Translations under genes and position numbers: made by a program
In this document: positions 1-14,335 of the stretch, one piece after another
Position numbering within the stretch: position 1 is the stretch's first letter
How the letters are laid out: each line of letters begins with the position of its first letter
From: the human T2T-CHM13v2.0 reference genome, Homo sapiens
Assembly: GCF_009914755.1 (NCBI RefSeq)
Contig: NC_060935.1
DNA: 64,000 nucleotides
Direction: 5' to 3' (one strand)
Notes under the pieces: model-generated
Database searches by the model: none
What the model saw: the letters and a program-made list of their open reading frames with translations, nothing else
What the model was told of the DNA's origin: nothing

Positions 1-439
1 AATGTCACTGTGGTTTCAAAGCCTATGTGTGATGTGCGATCGGGCAGCATTTTTAAAGTATTTCCTGCTCAACCATAGGGTGAAATGATGCAGGTAGTGA
101 GTCCTGCAAACAGCTGCACTAAATTCTTAACACCTGCAAAAAACAACAAGAACAACAACAAAACAAAACCCAACAGTTTTCAAAATAATTATGCATTATT
201 TTTAATTTTTGGCTTGTTGATTTTCTGTGGTTTCAAACTCTGAAGGACCCTCTAATTCATGAAACCTGCAGTTAGAAAATGAGTTTGGGAGCTTTAAAAG
301 AATTTGCAAACAAGGGAAAGATTTCACTTGCATTATATTTTCATCAATGCACTTAAAACAACTTCTGGAATCGCCAGAGTTCCAGGCTCCACTCCTCTCT
401 TCAGCTCCGCCCTGCTCCTTTTTAAGTGAGCCCCAGAAT

Positions 440-622
440 CACCTCTTGGCTTGGCAGTTTCCCATTGCGGGGCAGCTGGGCCGGGGGCGGGGGTCGGCTG
501 CAGATCTCCCGTTGTGTGAGAGAAACGCAAGCACGGAGCTCCCTTGACCTGCTGCATCCTCCTCGGCAATTTTTTTTTTTTAAGTCAAAAAGCTTGGATT
601 TCCTGAAATTGTTGAACTGGAT
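440..622 (+). other. PRR5L: Candidate non-coding first exon of PRR5L (5' end not defined)
   Basis: Consensus donor GAT|gtaagt at 622/623 at the edge of the CpG island. The start coordinate is a guess. Confidence 0.55.
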
Positions 623-757
623 GTAAGTGCAGGGCCCCCCTCTCCGCTCTCCCCAGCAGGGTGAGAGTTGCTGAAGGGGAGGAGGAGTGAGATGGGGTGA
701 AGTGAGTTGGGGGACATTGGAGAGACACTAAAGCTAGGTGCCCGGGACAGGAAAAGT

Positions 758-834
758 GGGAGGAGAAGGAGGAAGAGGGGAGGAGGGGGAGAAGGGGGAG
801 GAGGAGGAAGAGGAGGAGGAGGAGGAGGAGGAGG
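758..834 (+). repeat. 77-nt pure polypurine tract including (GAG)8
   Basis: No pyrimidine between 758 and 834; perfect (GAG)8 at 810-833. Confidence 0.92.
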
Positions 835-1086
835 CGGCCGTAAGATGAGAGAGGAGGGAAACGTGTCACCAGCCCGGCTGTGGGAGCTCCGCGGCCGAAG
901 CGTTTGTTGACTCGCGCTGGAGAGGAACCGAGGCTGGACGGGACCCCATCTGAGGGCAGAGCTGGGGGAGGAGGGAGGGACGGAGGGAGGGAGAGCTGGG
1001 CAGAGCGCGACGGGGAGAACCATCCAGGTCGCTCATTTCTCTCCGGTGAGAAAACTTCCTCGGGAAGACCGGAAACTTTTTCCTAG

Positions 1087-1162
1087 GCGCGCGGAGTCTG
1101 GGGCGGAGGCGAGCGGCGGGTGTGCGCGACTCGGGGTGATTCACGCCGGGGACCCCAAGGAG
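1087..1162 (+). other. PRR5L: Candidate 76-nt 5'UTR exon (or 3' end of an alternative first exon)
   Basis: ctttttcctag|G acceptor at 1086/1087 and strong GAG|gtgagt donor at 1162/1163. Confidence 0.55.
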
Positions 1163-2039
1163 GTGAGTGGTGGGTGGGGGGCGTCTCTGGGAGGGGCCGG
1201 AGTCATAGGCTCAGCAACCGCGCAGGATTGAGCGAAAATTACCGCGCGCTAATCTGACGGGGCGCGGCGTGGCGGGGGTAGGAGCTAGGGAAAAGTGTCA
1301 CGTTTGGGGGGGCAACCAGGTGGGAACTCCTGCATGGTTAAGGATCCTCCGATCGGACGCTGCAGGCAGGCGTAGGGGATCTTACTCGAGACCACCATGG
1401 TGGGGAGGTGGGCAGGCCACGCTCCCGGTCTGCTCTTTAGGGTGGTTGAAGTACCGCCGTGAGGTGGGATGCGGATGCTGGTGATCATGGGACCTAGGCT
1501 GAGCCGGGAGGTCGAAAAAGAAAGTCGGCTTGTTTGACTCTCTCGTTCTCCCTCTGGGGGGCAAATCTAAAGAGCTGACCCCGCTTAAGCACGGGAGATT
1601 TCGCGCCTGCAGCAGCCTTTTCCCGGCGGTCCCCCTTTTTCTGGAGGGAGGCGTGGGAGAGAAGGGCAGGGCAGGGAGCCACTTTGTCCCGTGCGCTGCT
1701 GCACGCGCGCGCTCTGCGGACTAGGGTGGGCCAGGGCCCAGCCAGTGGGGATCCCGCCGGGACGGGCTGTGAGCAAGCCCTGGGACGGCCCGGCTGCGGA
1801 CCCCGCGCTGGGAGTCCGCAGTATCCCCCTTCCGTTTTATTTCTCCCGCCTGCCTTCCTTTCGGCGAGGCTTTCCTCTGCGCGCTTACTGTGCGCGCATG
1901 CCGGGCTCGCTGCACGCAGGGGGCGCTCTAGGGGCCCCGCCCGGGCAGCTGGGACCCTGCCTGCCCAACCCTCCGGCCCATTTTCCTTGAGGCCGCCGCC
2001 CGGGGTGGGACCAGGCTGTGTGCTTGCTAACTGTGCTTC

Positions 2040-2182
2040 AGGAATCCGCTCTGGGATGCCTTCCTGTCTGGCAAAAGGGGTTACCCCCAGTTCTACCCAG
2101 TCCCTGTCCTCGGTCACATGCTGCCGCCGCCTCTTCCCCCGCGGTGCCGGGAGCCCGCGTTTTGTTTGTCAGCAGTTAGGCG
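2040..2182 (+). other. Candidate alternative first exon ending at a third donor
   Basis: GCG|gtgagt at 2182/2183 near the 3' edge of the CpG island. The 5' end is undefined. Confidence 0.35.
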
Positions 2183-5100
2183 GTGAGTATTTATAGACGC
2201 CACGGCAGTCCTGCGGTGCGCAAGGTTTCAATTACTGCGATGCGCCCCACAAGACGAAAGGTTCACGCGCTGCGTCTGAGCTGCACGTCTGCCCCGGAGA
2301 CCCGCGTGGAAAAAGCTCTGGGCTGGAATCTCCGGGCTTCCCTGCTTGGGCAGAATTCTGGACCTGTTGCCCAGACGACACGTGCACATTCAGATGACCC
2401 ATGCTAAGGACCAAAGGGATGCCACCGGCCCAATGTACTGCCTTCATCCCCCACCATCCTCAAGGGACCCTTGCTGATCAAGCCCGGGAGACTACCCTTT
2501 TTGACCTCTCTTTGGTGATCCTGACCACCGTAGAAATTTGCAGTCATGACATTTCATTGCCCTACATACTGCAAAATGTCAAAGTGCTGAGCTGTGGTAA
2601 ATTGCTCTGGGGTGGAAGGCGCTGTTACTGACAACACGAAGCAGCTAGCGGGTCAGGAGGGGAAATGGAGCTTGCAGAAACTAATTTAGCCACATTTAAA
2701 ATTTAGCCCCTGGTAAGGTTCCCAGTATGACTGACGAAGGTGCAGGGCTCCTGTCTGTGGAACCTGGCTGGTTAGTCTTCTCTGGTTGCAGCCCTAGAAT
2801 CAGGATCAAGGGTGCTGTTTAGAGCGGTTTCTGTAGAATGTAGCCTTTCAGATAAGGGAAGTGATGCTTGGTCAATCCACAAAGTTGTCTTCAGTTTTTC
2901 CAACTGCAACCATTGTTCTTTGAGTATGTTACTGATGCTTCTAACAACTGGAACCACTAATATGTAAAAGAAGAAAGGCACTAGAAATAAGAAAGTCTAA
3001 CTAGCTTATTTCTCAAAGGCTTAGTTTAGACTACTTTGTTTCTCAAGGGTGGGACCTCATTTCTTTCAGGTCCAGAGGGCCATGGATATATATTTATTTC
3101 TGTGGGTGAAATTTCAATAATGTTCTGTCTTAGAACATTACAAATATGTGCCACTTGTTTTAAAAAGGGGAAAGGTGCAAATGCCTCTTGAGGTCTTAAT
3201 GATGTCTTAAACTTTGCACTGAGAGACTTTGATAATATTATATACTCCTCATGCAAACAATGATATAGGTACTATTATATCCCTATCATATAGATGAGCC
3301 CACTGAGGCTTGGAGAATTTAAGTAATTTGTCTAAAGCCATACACACAGGGATGGAGCTGAGAATGGATTACAGATTTGTTACTCCAGACTCATAGTCTG
3401 GACATGTCTTTCCCTTCAATTCTCCATTGTTGATTAGCTCACGTTATAGTTGATTAGATGGATGGCTTTTTATTTATTTTCAAAATTTCACAGAATGTTA
3501 CAAATTGGCTCAGTTATTGGGGAAAAAAGCCCTAATCTTGTCTTTAGAAAACTGTTATATTGGTTATCTGAAAATCTCTTGCTGATAGTCCAGACCTAAA
3601 TCATAATCCTCACTTTGCTCCTTGACTTAATGTATCTTCAGCATTAAAGCCATTTATCTGTAGAAAATTGAATTCAGTAAGGACTTTGTGGATTACTTAA
3701 TTTTTTCAGATTTCTCCATACTAATGATTTGTAGGTATGCATGTGTCTGTTTTCCTGTGGCTGTTCCTTTTGTACAAGGTAAAATATGCTGAAATCTCTC
3801 TTAAATTGCAGCCTTTTTCCTTTTCATTCTTTTTGCAGAGCTAGACCCAATACAGAATTGATTTGAAAAACAGTGTGTGAGTTCCTCTGAAAGATCCTTA
3901 CAATGTCTAATGTTCATCATTAAAGGTTTGTTCTCAAGAGTTGCCTCTCTGTATGTAAAATGTAAATACATGTTAAAGGCAATGCTTGTAGAAATGACCC
4001 TTTGTTAACAAGTCAGTGTGAATTAATATTTTAGTTGCTGAAATATAGGAATAAAATATTTTGTGGATTTTGTACAGAATATTATGGGGTTTGGAATTGG
4101 GGAACAAAGAGAGCGGTACCCTGATAAGCAGAAAGCACTGTTTTACAAGAGAAGATTTCACATGGAGCCAAGGAGGGGGATGGATGGCAGTGATGGGGCA
4201 TCAGAGGTGAATTTGAGTTAATTCACATTTTTGTCAGTACCTGGGGATCCAAGATTTACTTTGAAACTTGTACAGTTAAAACAAATGAGCTGACTTATTT
4301 ATTGGGCAACTTCTGTGAGTCAGGTATAGCTATGGTAATGGTATTTGCGCCTCCCAACAACTCAGGTAGGAAGGTATTATTTTCTCTATTTTCAGATGAG
4401 AAAACAGAGGCTCAGAGAGGGTTGTTAATTTCCCAGTGTCACACAGCCATGAACTCAAGCGTCTTGCTCTTTTCAGTACATTTTGATATCTACCCTTGAA
4501 GGCCTTCCATGGAGAACCCAGGGTCCCAAGTTCTCAAGAAAATCCTAGTGGTTCACATGGAAGTTTCTGGATCAGAAGTCAAGGCCAGAGCTATTCAGGG
4601 ACTCTAAAATGAGGAGACAGGAGGTGGGTGAACAATGAAGCCTGAAGGGATAGTCTGGATAATTCTGACAGTAGTGATGCCACAGAAGAAGGAAAGTCAG
4701 GCGCTGTGGATATTGTGAATATAGAGAATTACTAGCATTGGCCTGGGCGAGGATGGCTGTCGCATTGCAGAACACACTAGATGAGGTTCCCAGAAGGGAA
4801 GAGTGGTGAAGTGTCTCCACCTCCCTCCCGATGCCTTCTGCTGCCCGGTGTTGGCTTTATAGTCAATATAAATTAGGGAGCCTGTGGGACCTGTTTGCAT
4901 TTTAATTAGACTTGGCCCTTTGAGGTTCCAGTCACTCAGTCTCCCTCTTTAAATATTCTTTTTTTATGCTTTGCCAGTTTATGGCCTTTGTAGATTAATC
5001 CTCGGATTTCATGTACGGGAGAGAGAAAGAGAGAAAAAAAGCAAAGGTTAGTGATTACCTAAATTGGATTAAGTTCTGTCTAGCAGCATTTAAAGAAATG

Positions 5101-5892
5101 CCTCTTGCTCCCTAATTACCATCAACTAAGAATTTAAACGGTCTATTAAATTTAAGCTGACTTTTTTAAAAAACTCCCTGAAATTTCCAGCTGTAACATA
5201 TTCTGAGATTTTAGAGGTTTTTATATATTCTTCAAATGTGTAGAGGACATTCTCTGCTTTCCCCCCCTTTTAAAAAATATTGCATTTCTGGAGCAGGATA
5301 ATAAATGACATCACTATATACTAACTTCGTTAAAAAGCAGAAGCTCACAGCTAGGCTCAGCTAGAAGGGTTTGTGGAGAGCAGTAGAAATCCATCTGACC
5401 GTGGCCTACGGGAAGACCTTGTAAACATCTACCCCCTCCAAACAACCTGTCATTAATTATTTGTTCAATTTATTTAGCATAGAATTATATGTTACATAAA
5501 ATTATGTATTTACTCGTGTATTAAACTTGCAAAGCTTTCATTCTTCTTTTTCTCCCCTCAATTTTGAGGTGCGAATATGTTTCCCTCACCCACACATCAA
5601 TATTCTGGTTTCACTTTAGCTGGTTACCAAATGCCGGCAACACTTCCACTTTACCGTTCTCTCCTTACATTACCTATTACAGAACTTTCTCCAACTTTGC
5701 TGGTTCTTTTTGACACAGGATGTGTCCTGTATTTTGTTGATGGCATCTTTGGCAGCAGTTGGGTTTCCAGCAAATACTAGGATTAAGGGACTGCAATGGA
5801 CTCAGCTGTTTAGGAACTGGAGTATATGTTAGCTTAAGTTGAGCCTGGAAGAATAGCTGAAAGGATTTGTTTTTATCTTTTTCCCAAGGACA

Positions 5893-5923
5893 GGGGGCAG
5901 GGTAGGGGTGGGTGGGGAGGGGG
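5893..5923 (+). other. G-quadruplex-forming motif (six G-tracts)
   Basis: GGGGGcaGGGtaGGGGtGGGtGGGGaGGGGG with loops of 1-2 nt. Confidence 0.75.
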
Positions 5924-6335
5924 AGAAAAATCTACCATTGGCTCTGATGTGTGTCTGTATCAGACTTAACTAAGCTGCCTCAAACCCTGTCACAACCTGC
6001 TTGTGACCTCAGCCACATAAATCCTTGGTGTAAACCCTTTTATGCTTGCCATTTAATTCTAAATACTTCTCTGGAACTGGCTCAATATCATTCCCCAGAT
6101 GTCTTTGAGGAGACCACATCGACTGCTGCCATCATTTTGGAGAACTGTTTCATCATGCTAGCTCCCGGACACCACCACTATGGAAGCAGTATGGCCACTT
6201 TCCTTGTAAAACATCTCGCAGGCTGAATTCTTGGGTAAACATGGTACTCTTTTGTGGTGTTTGGGATAATTTTTTTTAAAATTATTCACCAACAGGACAA
6301 TAGATTCCTTTCAGGCCTCAAAAAAGCTCCCCACC

Positions 6336-6649
<314 letters not shown>

Positions 6650-6902
6650 TCAACTTTTCAGAGAGGCAGGGTTGTTGAATGAGCCCTCATTTTGGTCCTA
6701 ACGGGCATCATGGAGATAACACAGGTTGAGGAATTGAGATCTGGAATCTGATCTCAGCTCTGCCATAAGCAAGCTGTATGACCATGGTGAGTTGCTCAGT
6801 TATTCTGGGCCTCAGTTTCCCTATTTACAAAGTAATGACTTTGGCCTACCACTAAGCTTCCATTCTGTTCTAAAATTCCTTGATGGCCAAGGAAGCATGG
6901 TC

Positions 6903-7065
6903 TAGAGCTGTGCTTCTGAAAGCGCACATGCATCACCTGGAGATCCTGTTAAACCACAGAATCCGATTCAGTGGGTCTGGGCTGGTGCCAGAATGTCTAA
7001 GAAGCTCCCAGGCAATGTTGATTCTGTTGATTCCCAGACTACAATGCGGGTAGCAGGGCACTAGA
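6903..7065. mobile_element. MER5A-like hAT-Charlie DNA transposon
   Basis: catcacctggagatcctgttaaa...gattcagtgggtctggg...aagctcccaggcaatgttgat motifs. Confidence 0.7.
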
Positions 7066-7072
7066 GCCTTGG

Positions 7073-7282
7073 TCAGGGCTTCCCCACCTTGGCCCTATTG
7101 ATGGTTTTGGCGGATAATTCTTTGTGGTGGGGGCTGTCCTGTGCATAGTAGGATTTTTGGCAGCATCCTTGGCCTCTACCCATTAGATGCCCATGGCATC
7201 CTCCACTCTCATAGTTATGACTATCAAAAAGTGTCTCCAGGCAGTGGGACAAAATCGCCCCTAGTTGAGGACATTGGTCTAG
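7073..7282. mobile_element. MER20 DNA transposon
   Basis: ggataattctttgtggtgggggctgtcctgtgcatagtaggat...ggcctctacccattagatgcc matches the recalled MER20 consensus. Confidence 0.85.
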
Positions 7283-7846
7283 ACCAGTGTTATCAAGCCT
7301 AGTTGTACATCAGAATCACTTGGAAGATATCTGGGAAGTACAAATTTAGGTATCTTGGGCCCAGTGAATGAAAATGACTAGGGGAGGGCCCAGGAATCTA
7401 TATTCCTTAAAAATAAGGTGATAGAGATGGCCTGGAATTCTTCTCTTTGACAGTCTGAAAAAGTACAAGATCTACACCTGAGTTCTGGTGTTATCCCTCC
7501 ATAGCTGTGGGACCACACAGGCAAGTTGCTTAAATGCTCTGAACCAGAAACTCTCCACTTCTAAAATAGGAATAATAATAGTGTCTACCTCCTAGGATTG
7601 TTGGGGGCCAAGTGGGATAACATGAGGAAGAGCCTTAGTAACTATAAAGTGCTGTGCAGATGTTAGTGGCAAATGTTATACCACAGGCCTCTGGAGTTTA
7701 ATTTTTTTGGTTCAATTACTTTATTTATTTTTCCCAGGGCTGTATTTCTTTTTCTTGAGGCTTAGCTCTGTAACCTTCACAATATCTCTTTTCTTTGGCC
7801 CTCACAGTCAACAGCTGTGTACATTTGTCCCCACTCAGTCCCATGC

Positions 7847-8120
7847 CAGTCTCAAACTGGCAGCCCGTGGGCCAAACTTTGGCATCAGACATGTACTGTT
7901 TGGCTTGCATTGTATTTTGGGGAAAAGAAGAAAACAAGATGATTTTCTCCAGTATTTAAAAGTTGGGAGAGTTGACATCTGAACACAGGTTTTCAGCTTT
8001 TCTGTAATAAACCAAAAGGAGTCTGAGGACACTCTTTAGTTTGCCACATTCCCCACCTGACCCGCTAATCTTGTTCACGTTCTCTGCTTCGGTCTGCTGT
8101 AAGCATTGTTTCCCATCCCA
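7847..8120 (+). mobile_element. MER102-like hAT-Charlie element (copy 1)
   Basis: caaactggcagcccgtgggcc...tttggcttgca...atttaaaagttgggagagttgacat. Confidence 0.65.
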
Positions 8121-8127
8121 GCATTAG

Positions 8128-8469
<342 letters not shown>

Positions 8470-9094
8470 TAGGAGCCATATCTGGCTCATCTTTGTGGCA
8501 AGAGTAGTAGGTACTCCCTAGATATTTGTTGAAATGTGATATTTTCATCCTACACCTGGTCTTTCATAGTTAACACCTTGGATACACCTTGAACTTTTAA
8601 AGCTTCTTGCCTATGAAAACTTGTTCTTCCTTCTCAAAATTTCCTTTCCAGTCTCCAGGCCCCATATTCTTTAGTGTTATGGGCAAGGAAGTAGAGAACC
8701 TGTAGTTTTCAGTTGACCTTTCATTAGCTTTGCTTCGTAACTCCAGAATGTGAGTTAACCTTTCTGCCTCAATCTTGTCTCAGTTGTCCATCTTCAATTA
8801 CAGCCCTTGGTGTCTGCATTTATAGTATTACTTTTGGATATTTCCTTAGAAACCCTGAGCTCCCTGGGAGAAGATGATTTATTCTTCTTTGCCCCCTGTA
8901 ACTTCCTTTACTCAGATCCTGGCATCCAGTGGACACTCTAATGTTTGGTTGAGTTAAATGGACTTGAATTGGAATCATTACCTCCATGAAATGATCATAT
9001 GTGGATATTTCCATCAGTTTTCTGAGCCTCTATTCAATGCCTGTTATACCTGGCTATACTACCTGAGGAGAAATTTCCCTTCCCTTCATCTCTT

Positions 9095-9420
9095 TTTCTC
9101 CTCTTTTCTTTTTCTCTCTTCTTTCTTTCTTTCTTTTTTGGAGATAGTGTCTCACTTTGTCACACAGACTGGAGTGCAGTGGCATGATTATAGCTCACTG
9201 CAGCCTTGAACTCCTGGGCTCAAGGGATCCTCCTGCCTCAGCCTCCTGAGTAGGTAGGACTACAGGCATGTACCACCATGCCTGGCTTTTTTTTTTTTTT
9301 TTTAGAGTTGGGATCTGGCTAGATTGCCCAGGCTGGTCTCAAACTCCTGGCCTAAAGGGATTCTCCCACTTTGGCCTCCTAAATTGCTGGGATTATAGGC
9401 ATGAGGCACTGCACCCAGCC
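9095..9420 (-). mobile_element. AluJ
   Basis: Diverged antisense Alu with a (CTTT)n-type tail. Confidence 0.92.
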
Positions 9421-10463
9421 TTATCTCCTTTTCTTATGAAAAAACCATTTTATCTTATTTCTGCCATGAGAGAGTAGAGCTAATTTTTTAAAGTAAGTTG
9501 CACATTTTAATCTAGAGCACATTTTCCCACACTTAAAACTCTTGTTGGCTGCCAGACTGTAGCTTTTGACTACTCTTTCACTCACCAGGGTTTTGTATAC
9601 GTTACATGTCAGAAATGTAATTGCTCACTCACATAATGGTCAGTCTTAGCTACTGTTTGTGTCTAGACTTTTTGGCTTACCATCTGGTAGGCGCTGCAGA
9701 ATCACTCTGGATGACATTTGGGGGCCACACCCAGACAATATGCACTCCAAGAAACTTGATACTTAAAGTAGGCTTATAGATGAGTAAATAAGATGTGTGG
9801 TTATTTCCCACAGCTTTGTTTAACTTGTATCACAGAAGGGGATTTTTCTGGTGATTATACAGTGGCTTGCAGGCCAAGGTGATGATGATGTGATGATATA
9901 ATTACTTCTAGGTGCATCTAAATTGTCAGCTTTCTGAATCCTGTGGACACTTAGTGAACACCGTTAAGCAGAGATAAACACTTGAGCGTGTATCCTGTTT
10001 GTCCTAATATTTATTGTTGTGCAAATTTGGACTCTCAGACTCTTCTCTCTGCACTCGGTTTCCAGTAGCGCCTGAGAAAGTTGTCTCTTGCTTCCTGTTG
10101 AGCCCTTTCCATAGTTCACAGTTGACCCTTAACATTTTCTTGTCTGTGAGAGTCAGTGTTCATTCTTTGGCCGGCTTTTGTCTCCTAAGAGTTGCAAAGA
10201 TTGGTCCTTAATAGAAACAATTGTGCTATGCTATGTAGCAGGCACTTCTGCTCTGCTATGTCTGTAGGCTCCACTGACCAGCAAACAGACTCAGGATTGC
10301 TCACCCATGTGGTCCAGGTCTACGTCCCCGTGGACAATAATGCTTAGGTGGACCCAAGTTTAGTCAGCAGCAAAGAAAATTATTCTGATCTCTCAGAAAT
10401 GGGAAGGCTACTCTTCCTGGTGGCTTGGAAGTGCACCTTTCATTCCATCATTTAAAAATATTT

Positions 10464-10785
10464 GGGCAGGCATGGTGGCTCACACCTGTAATCCCAATAT
10501 TTTGAGAGGCCGCAATGGAAGGATCACTTGAGGCCAGGAGTTCAAGACTAGTCTGGGCAACACAGCAAGACCTGTCTCTACAAAAAATTAGCTGAGTGTG
10601 GTGGTACACACCTGTAGTCCTAGCTACTCAGGAGGCTGAGGTGGGAGGATTGCTTGAGCCAGGAGGTCAAGGCTGCAGTGGGCTGTGATTGTGCCACCAT
10701 ACTCCAGCCTGGGTGACAGAGCGAGACCTTGTCTTAGAAAAAAAAAGTAAAAATAATTAAAAATACGTTAAAAATAAATAAAATA
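10464..10785 (+). mobile_element. AluJ inserted into an L2 3' end
   Basis: Alu flanked by aaaaatattt. L2-like sequence (tttattgggtacc...ctgtgctaggcacc...gatacaatagtgaacaagac) resumes at ~10790-10930. Confidence 0.92.
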
Positions 10786-11635
10786 AAAATATTTATTGGG
10801 TACCTTTTATGTGCTCAGTACTGTGCTAGGCACCAGGATACAATAGTGAACAAGACGGGCAAGATTTTTGCCTTTAAGGAGCTTCCATTCTGTCAGGGCT
10901 CATCAGACACTGAACAAGTAAACAAACACAACAACTGCAGCCTGATCTGTGGGTGCCACTAGGAAACAGAGACTCCTTGCTTGAGGGGCAGAGTCCTCTT
11001 GCTCTAAGGTAAGAAGCTATGGGTGATGTTTATGCAGGGAAGCAATGGGTGGCGTTTAATCTCTCGGCTCTGTGTGTGGCACACACTTGCATTGTTTAAG
11101 ACAGGGGTCAGGAGTTCAGGCTCTGGAATCACACAGGATTTGCCTCTTGGTTCCTCTTCCTAGTCTTCTGCCTTTGGGCAAGTGAATCCCTATGCTTCGG
11201 TTTCTTCATCTGCAAAATGAGCCTAATGAAACCTACCTCGTTGGTTTAGAGTAGAAATTAACTGAGGGAATAGATGCAAATGGAGGCTTGACACAGTCCT
11301 GACCATCATGGCCAGCCTCTGATGATAGTTAATATTATTCTAATCAGCAGTCATAATGGTAATAAAATAGTCATGGTTGACAATTGATTTGACCAAATGG
11401 CCCCACCACTTTTGAAAATCTGCTTGTGACCTGGTTTCCATCCAATGGGCTGGCGCAGGGGGAGGCGTGGGGTCCAGATCTAGTCTCCTATGCTGGCTTG
11501 GAGGGTTCTGCCTTCTGTGTGTTTCCTTTAGCAGTACCTTGGGTGCTGCTGGCTTACCCTGTATCTGGGTGTGTATATAATACATAGGGGAGTATGTCAT
11601 ACATAAGACTTCATAGAGAAATCGGTGATGGGCTG

Positions 11636-11871
11636 CATGTTCTCATTCATAGGTGGGAATTGAACAATGAGAACACTTGGACACAGGGTGGGGAACACCA
11701 CACACCGGGGCCTGTCGTGGAGTGTGGGGAGGAGGAAGGATAGCATTAGGAGATGTACCTAATGTAAATGATGAGTTAATGGGTGTAGCACACCAACATG
11801 GCACATGTATACATATGTAACAAACCTGCACGTTGTGCACATGTACCCTAGAACTTAAAGTATAAAAAAAA
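11636..11871 (+). mobile_element. 5'-truncated L1PA 3' end (~236 bp)
   Basis: L1PA 3'UTR ending gtaccctagaacttaaagtata(A)n. Perfect 19-bp direct repeat agaaatcggtgatgggctg at 11617-11635 and 11872-11890. Confidence 0.95.
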
Positions 11872-12271
11872 AGAAATCGGTGATGGGCTGACAGTGAGAT
11901 AAGACAGCTGCCAAGTTAAGAGGCTGGTGAATTAGATGATGTGGTAGGTGGGAGTTCAAACATGGCTGAGGGATGGTTCTGAGTTTGTATTGTGTTAGGG
12001 TATCAGCCCCTGCCTCCTCTCTCAAAGGTTCTCAGTGTGTATGGCTCCCAGGGTAGGGGCTGAATGCACAGCCAGAGATGGTGAAAGATCATCGTGGCCA
12101 TCAGCTGGGCCAAACCATTAATTGAATGGTGAGTCAGCAGACCCAGAGAAGTGAAGTGACTTGCCCAAGGCCACAGGGACTGATTAGTGCAGGCTTACCT
12201 TATACCTGGCTTAGGCTCCACATAAAAGGTCTGAGAAGGCTGGAGGCTGTAGCTGTGATGGGGTAGAATAA

Positions 12272-12570
12272 AGGTCACAAACCTACATGTTTGGCCTTCA
12301 AAGTGCTGGTTGGCCTGGTGAATTAGTTGCCAACACTTACAAATCCAGTGATTTCACATTTCTAAAAATTTGGATTTTTGGACTTTCTTGGGAAAAAATC
12401 AGATCTGGCAAAACCAGGCTTATATCCTAAGATGGCAAACACCAGATCGGATTGAGTAATGGCTGCCTCCTTTAGCCAGGACAGGTGCTGGTAGTAAAGC
12501 AAGCTTACTGTCCACACCTGCCTCACTCCCTAAACTGGTCCCAGCCTGGCCCTTTCGGCCCATTTATGAT
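12272..12570 (+). mobile_element. MER102-like element (copy 2)
   Basis: gaattagttgccaacactta...gatttcacat...aaaatcagatctggcaa...tgagtaatggctgcc. Confidence 0.7.
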
Positions 12571-12864
12571 GCATAGCGCAGAAAAAAGAAAAGAAATTGG
12601 TTCTTCCTTTCATCTACTTTTCCTGCCAGTGTTTATTTGCTAGCCCATATGTTCCTGCACAGCGTCACTCCTATTGTGAAATAAATGCTGAATAAATAAA
12701 ATTGGTGTCAAATGAATGAACTGTCATTGCTAGAGCCCAACTTGGGATCAGAAGCTGAATCCTGACTTCCTCCTAACAGCTGGGTGACTTTGAAGAAATC
12801 ATATGACCTTTATTTGTTGTCTTCCTTTTGGGGAAAGGAGGTTAGGGGAGTCACTATTGCCTTT

Positions 12865-13790
<926 letters not shown>

Positions 13791-14070
13791 AGGGTTTTGT
13801 GAAGAACACAATGTTGTATAAAAATATTAATACTAACTATAGCTTTTTGCGCCCCTACTCAGGGCGAGGCCGTGATCTAGGTTATCTCATTTTCATCTTA
13901 ACAACGTGCACATAAGCATTACAACCATTTGACAGACAAAGACACTGAAATTCAGAGCCTATGAGGAACATACGCAGGTCATCCAGCTAATAAGCTGTAG
14001 AGGCTGGATTTGAAGCCAAGTTAGTCAGATTTCAGTACCATGGTGTTTACCCATGGTGAAGCCCCATGTA

Positions 14071-14335
<265 letters not shown>

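Larger units (their letters stand above)
440..2350. promoter_or_regulatory. CpG island / PRR5L promoter region
   Basis: High GC and dense CpG (CGCG, GCGC runs) against CpG-poor flanks. GC box GGGGCGGGG at ~484-492. Several consensus 5' splice donors upstream of the first coding exon. Confidence 0.88.

Noticed and set aside
580-1023. Poly-proline, poly-leucine and poly-glycine ORFs
   Set aside because: They are translations of the (GGA/TCC)n tract. The name 'proline rich 5 like' is unrelated to them.
1494-2117. 207-aa minus-strand ORF and overlapping 170-aa plus-strand ORF
   Set aside because: GC-rich CpG-island sequence is naturally stop-poor. The products are Pro/Gly/Ala/Arg-rich with no recognisable family.
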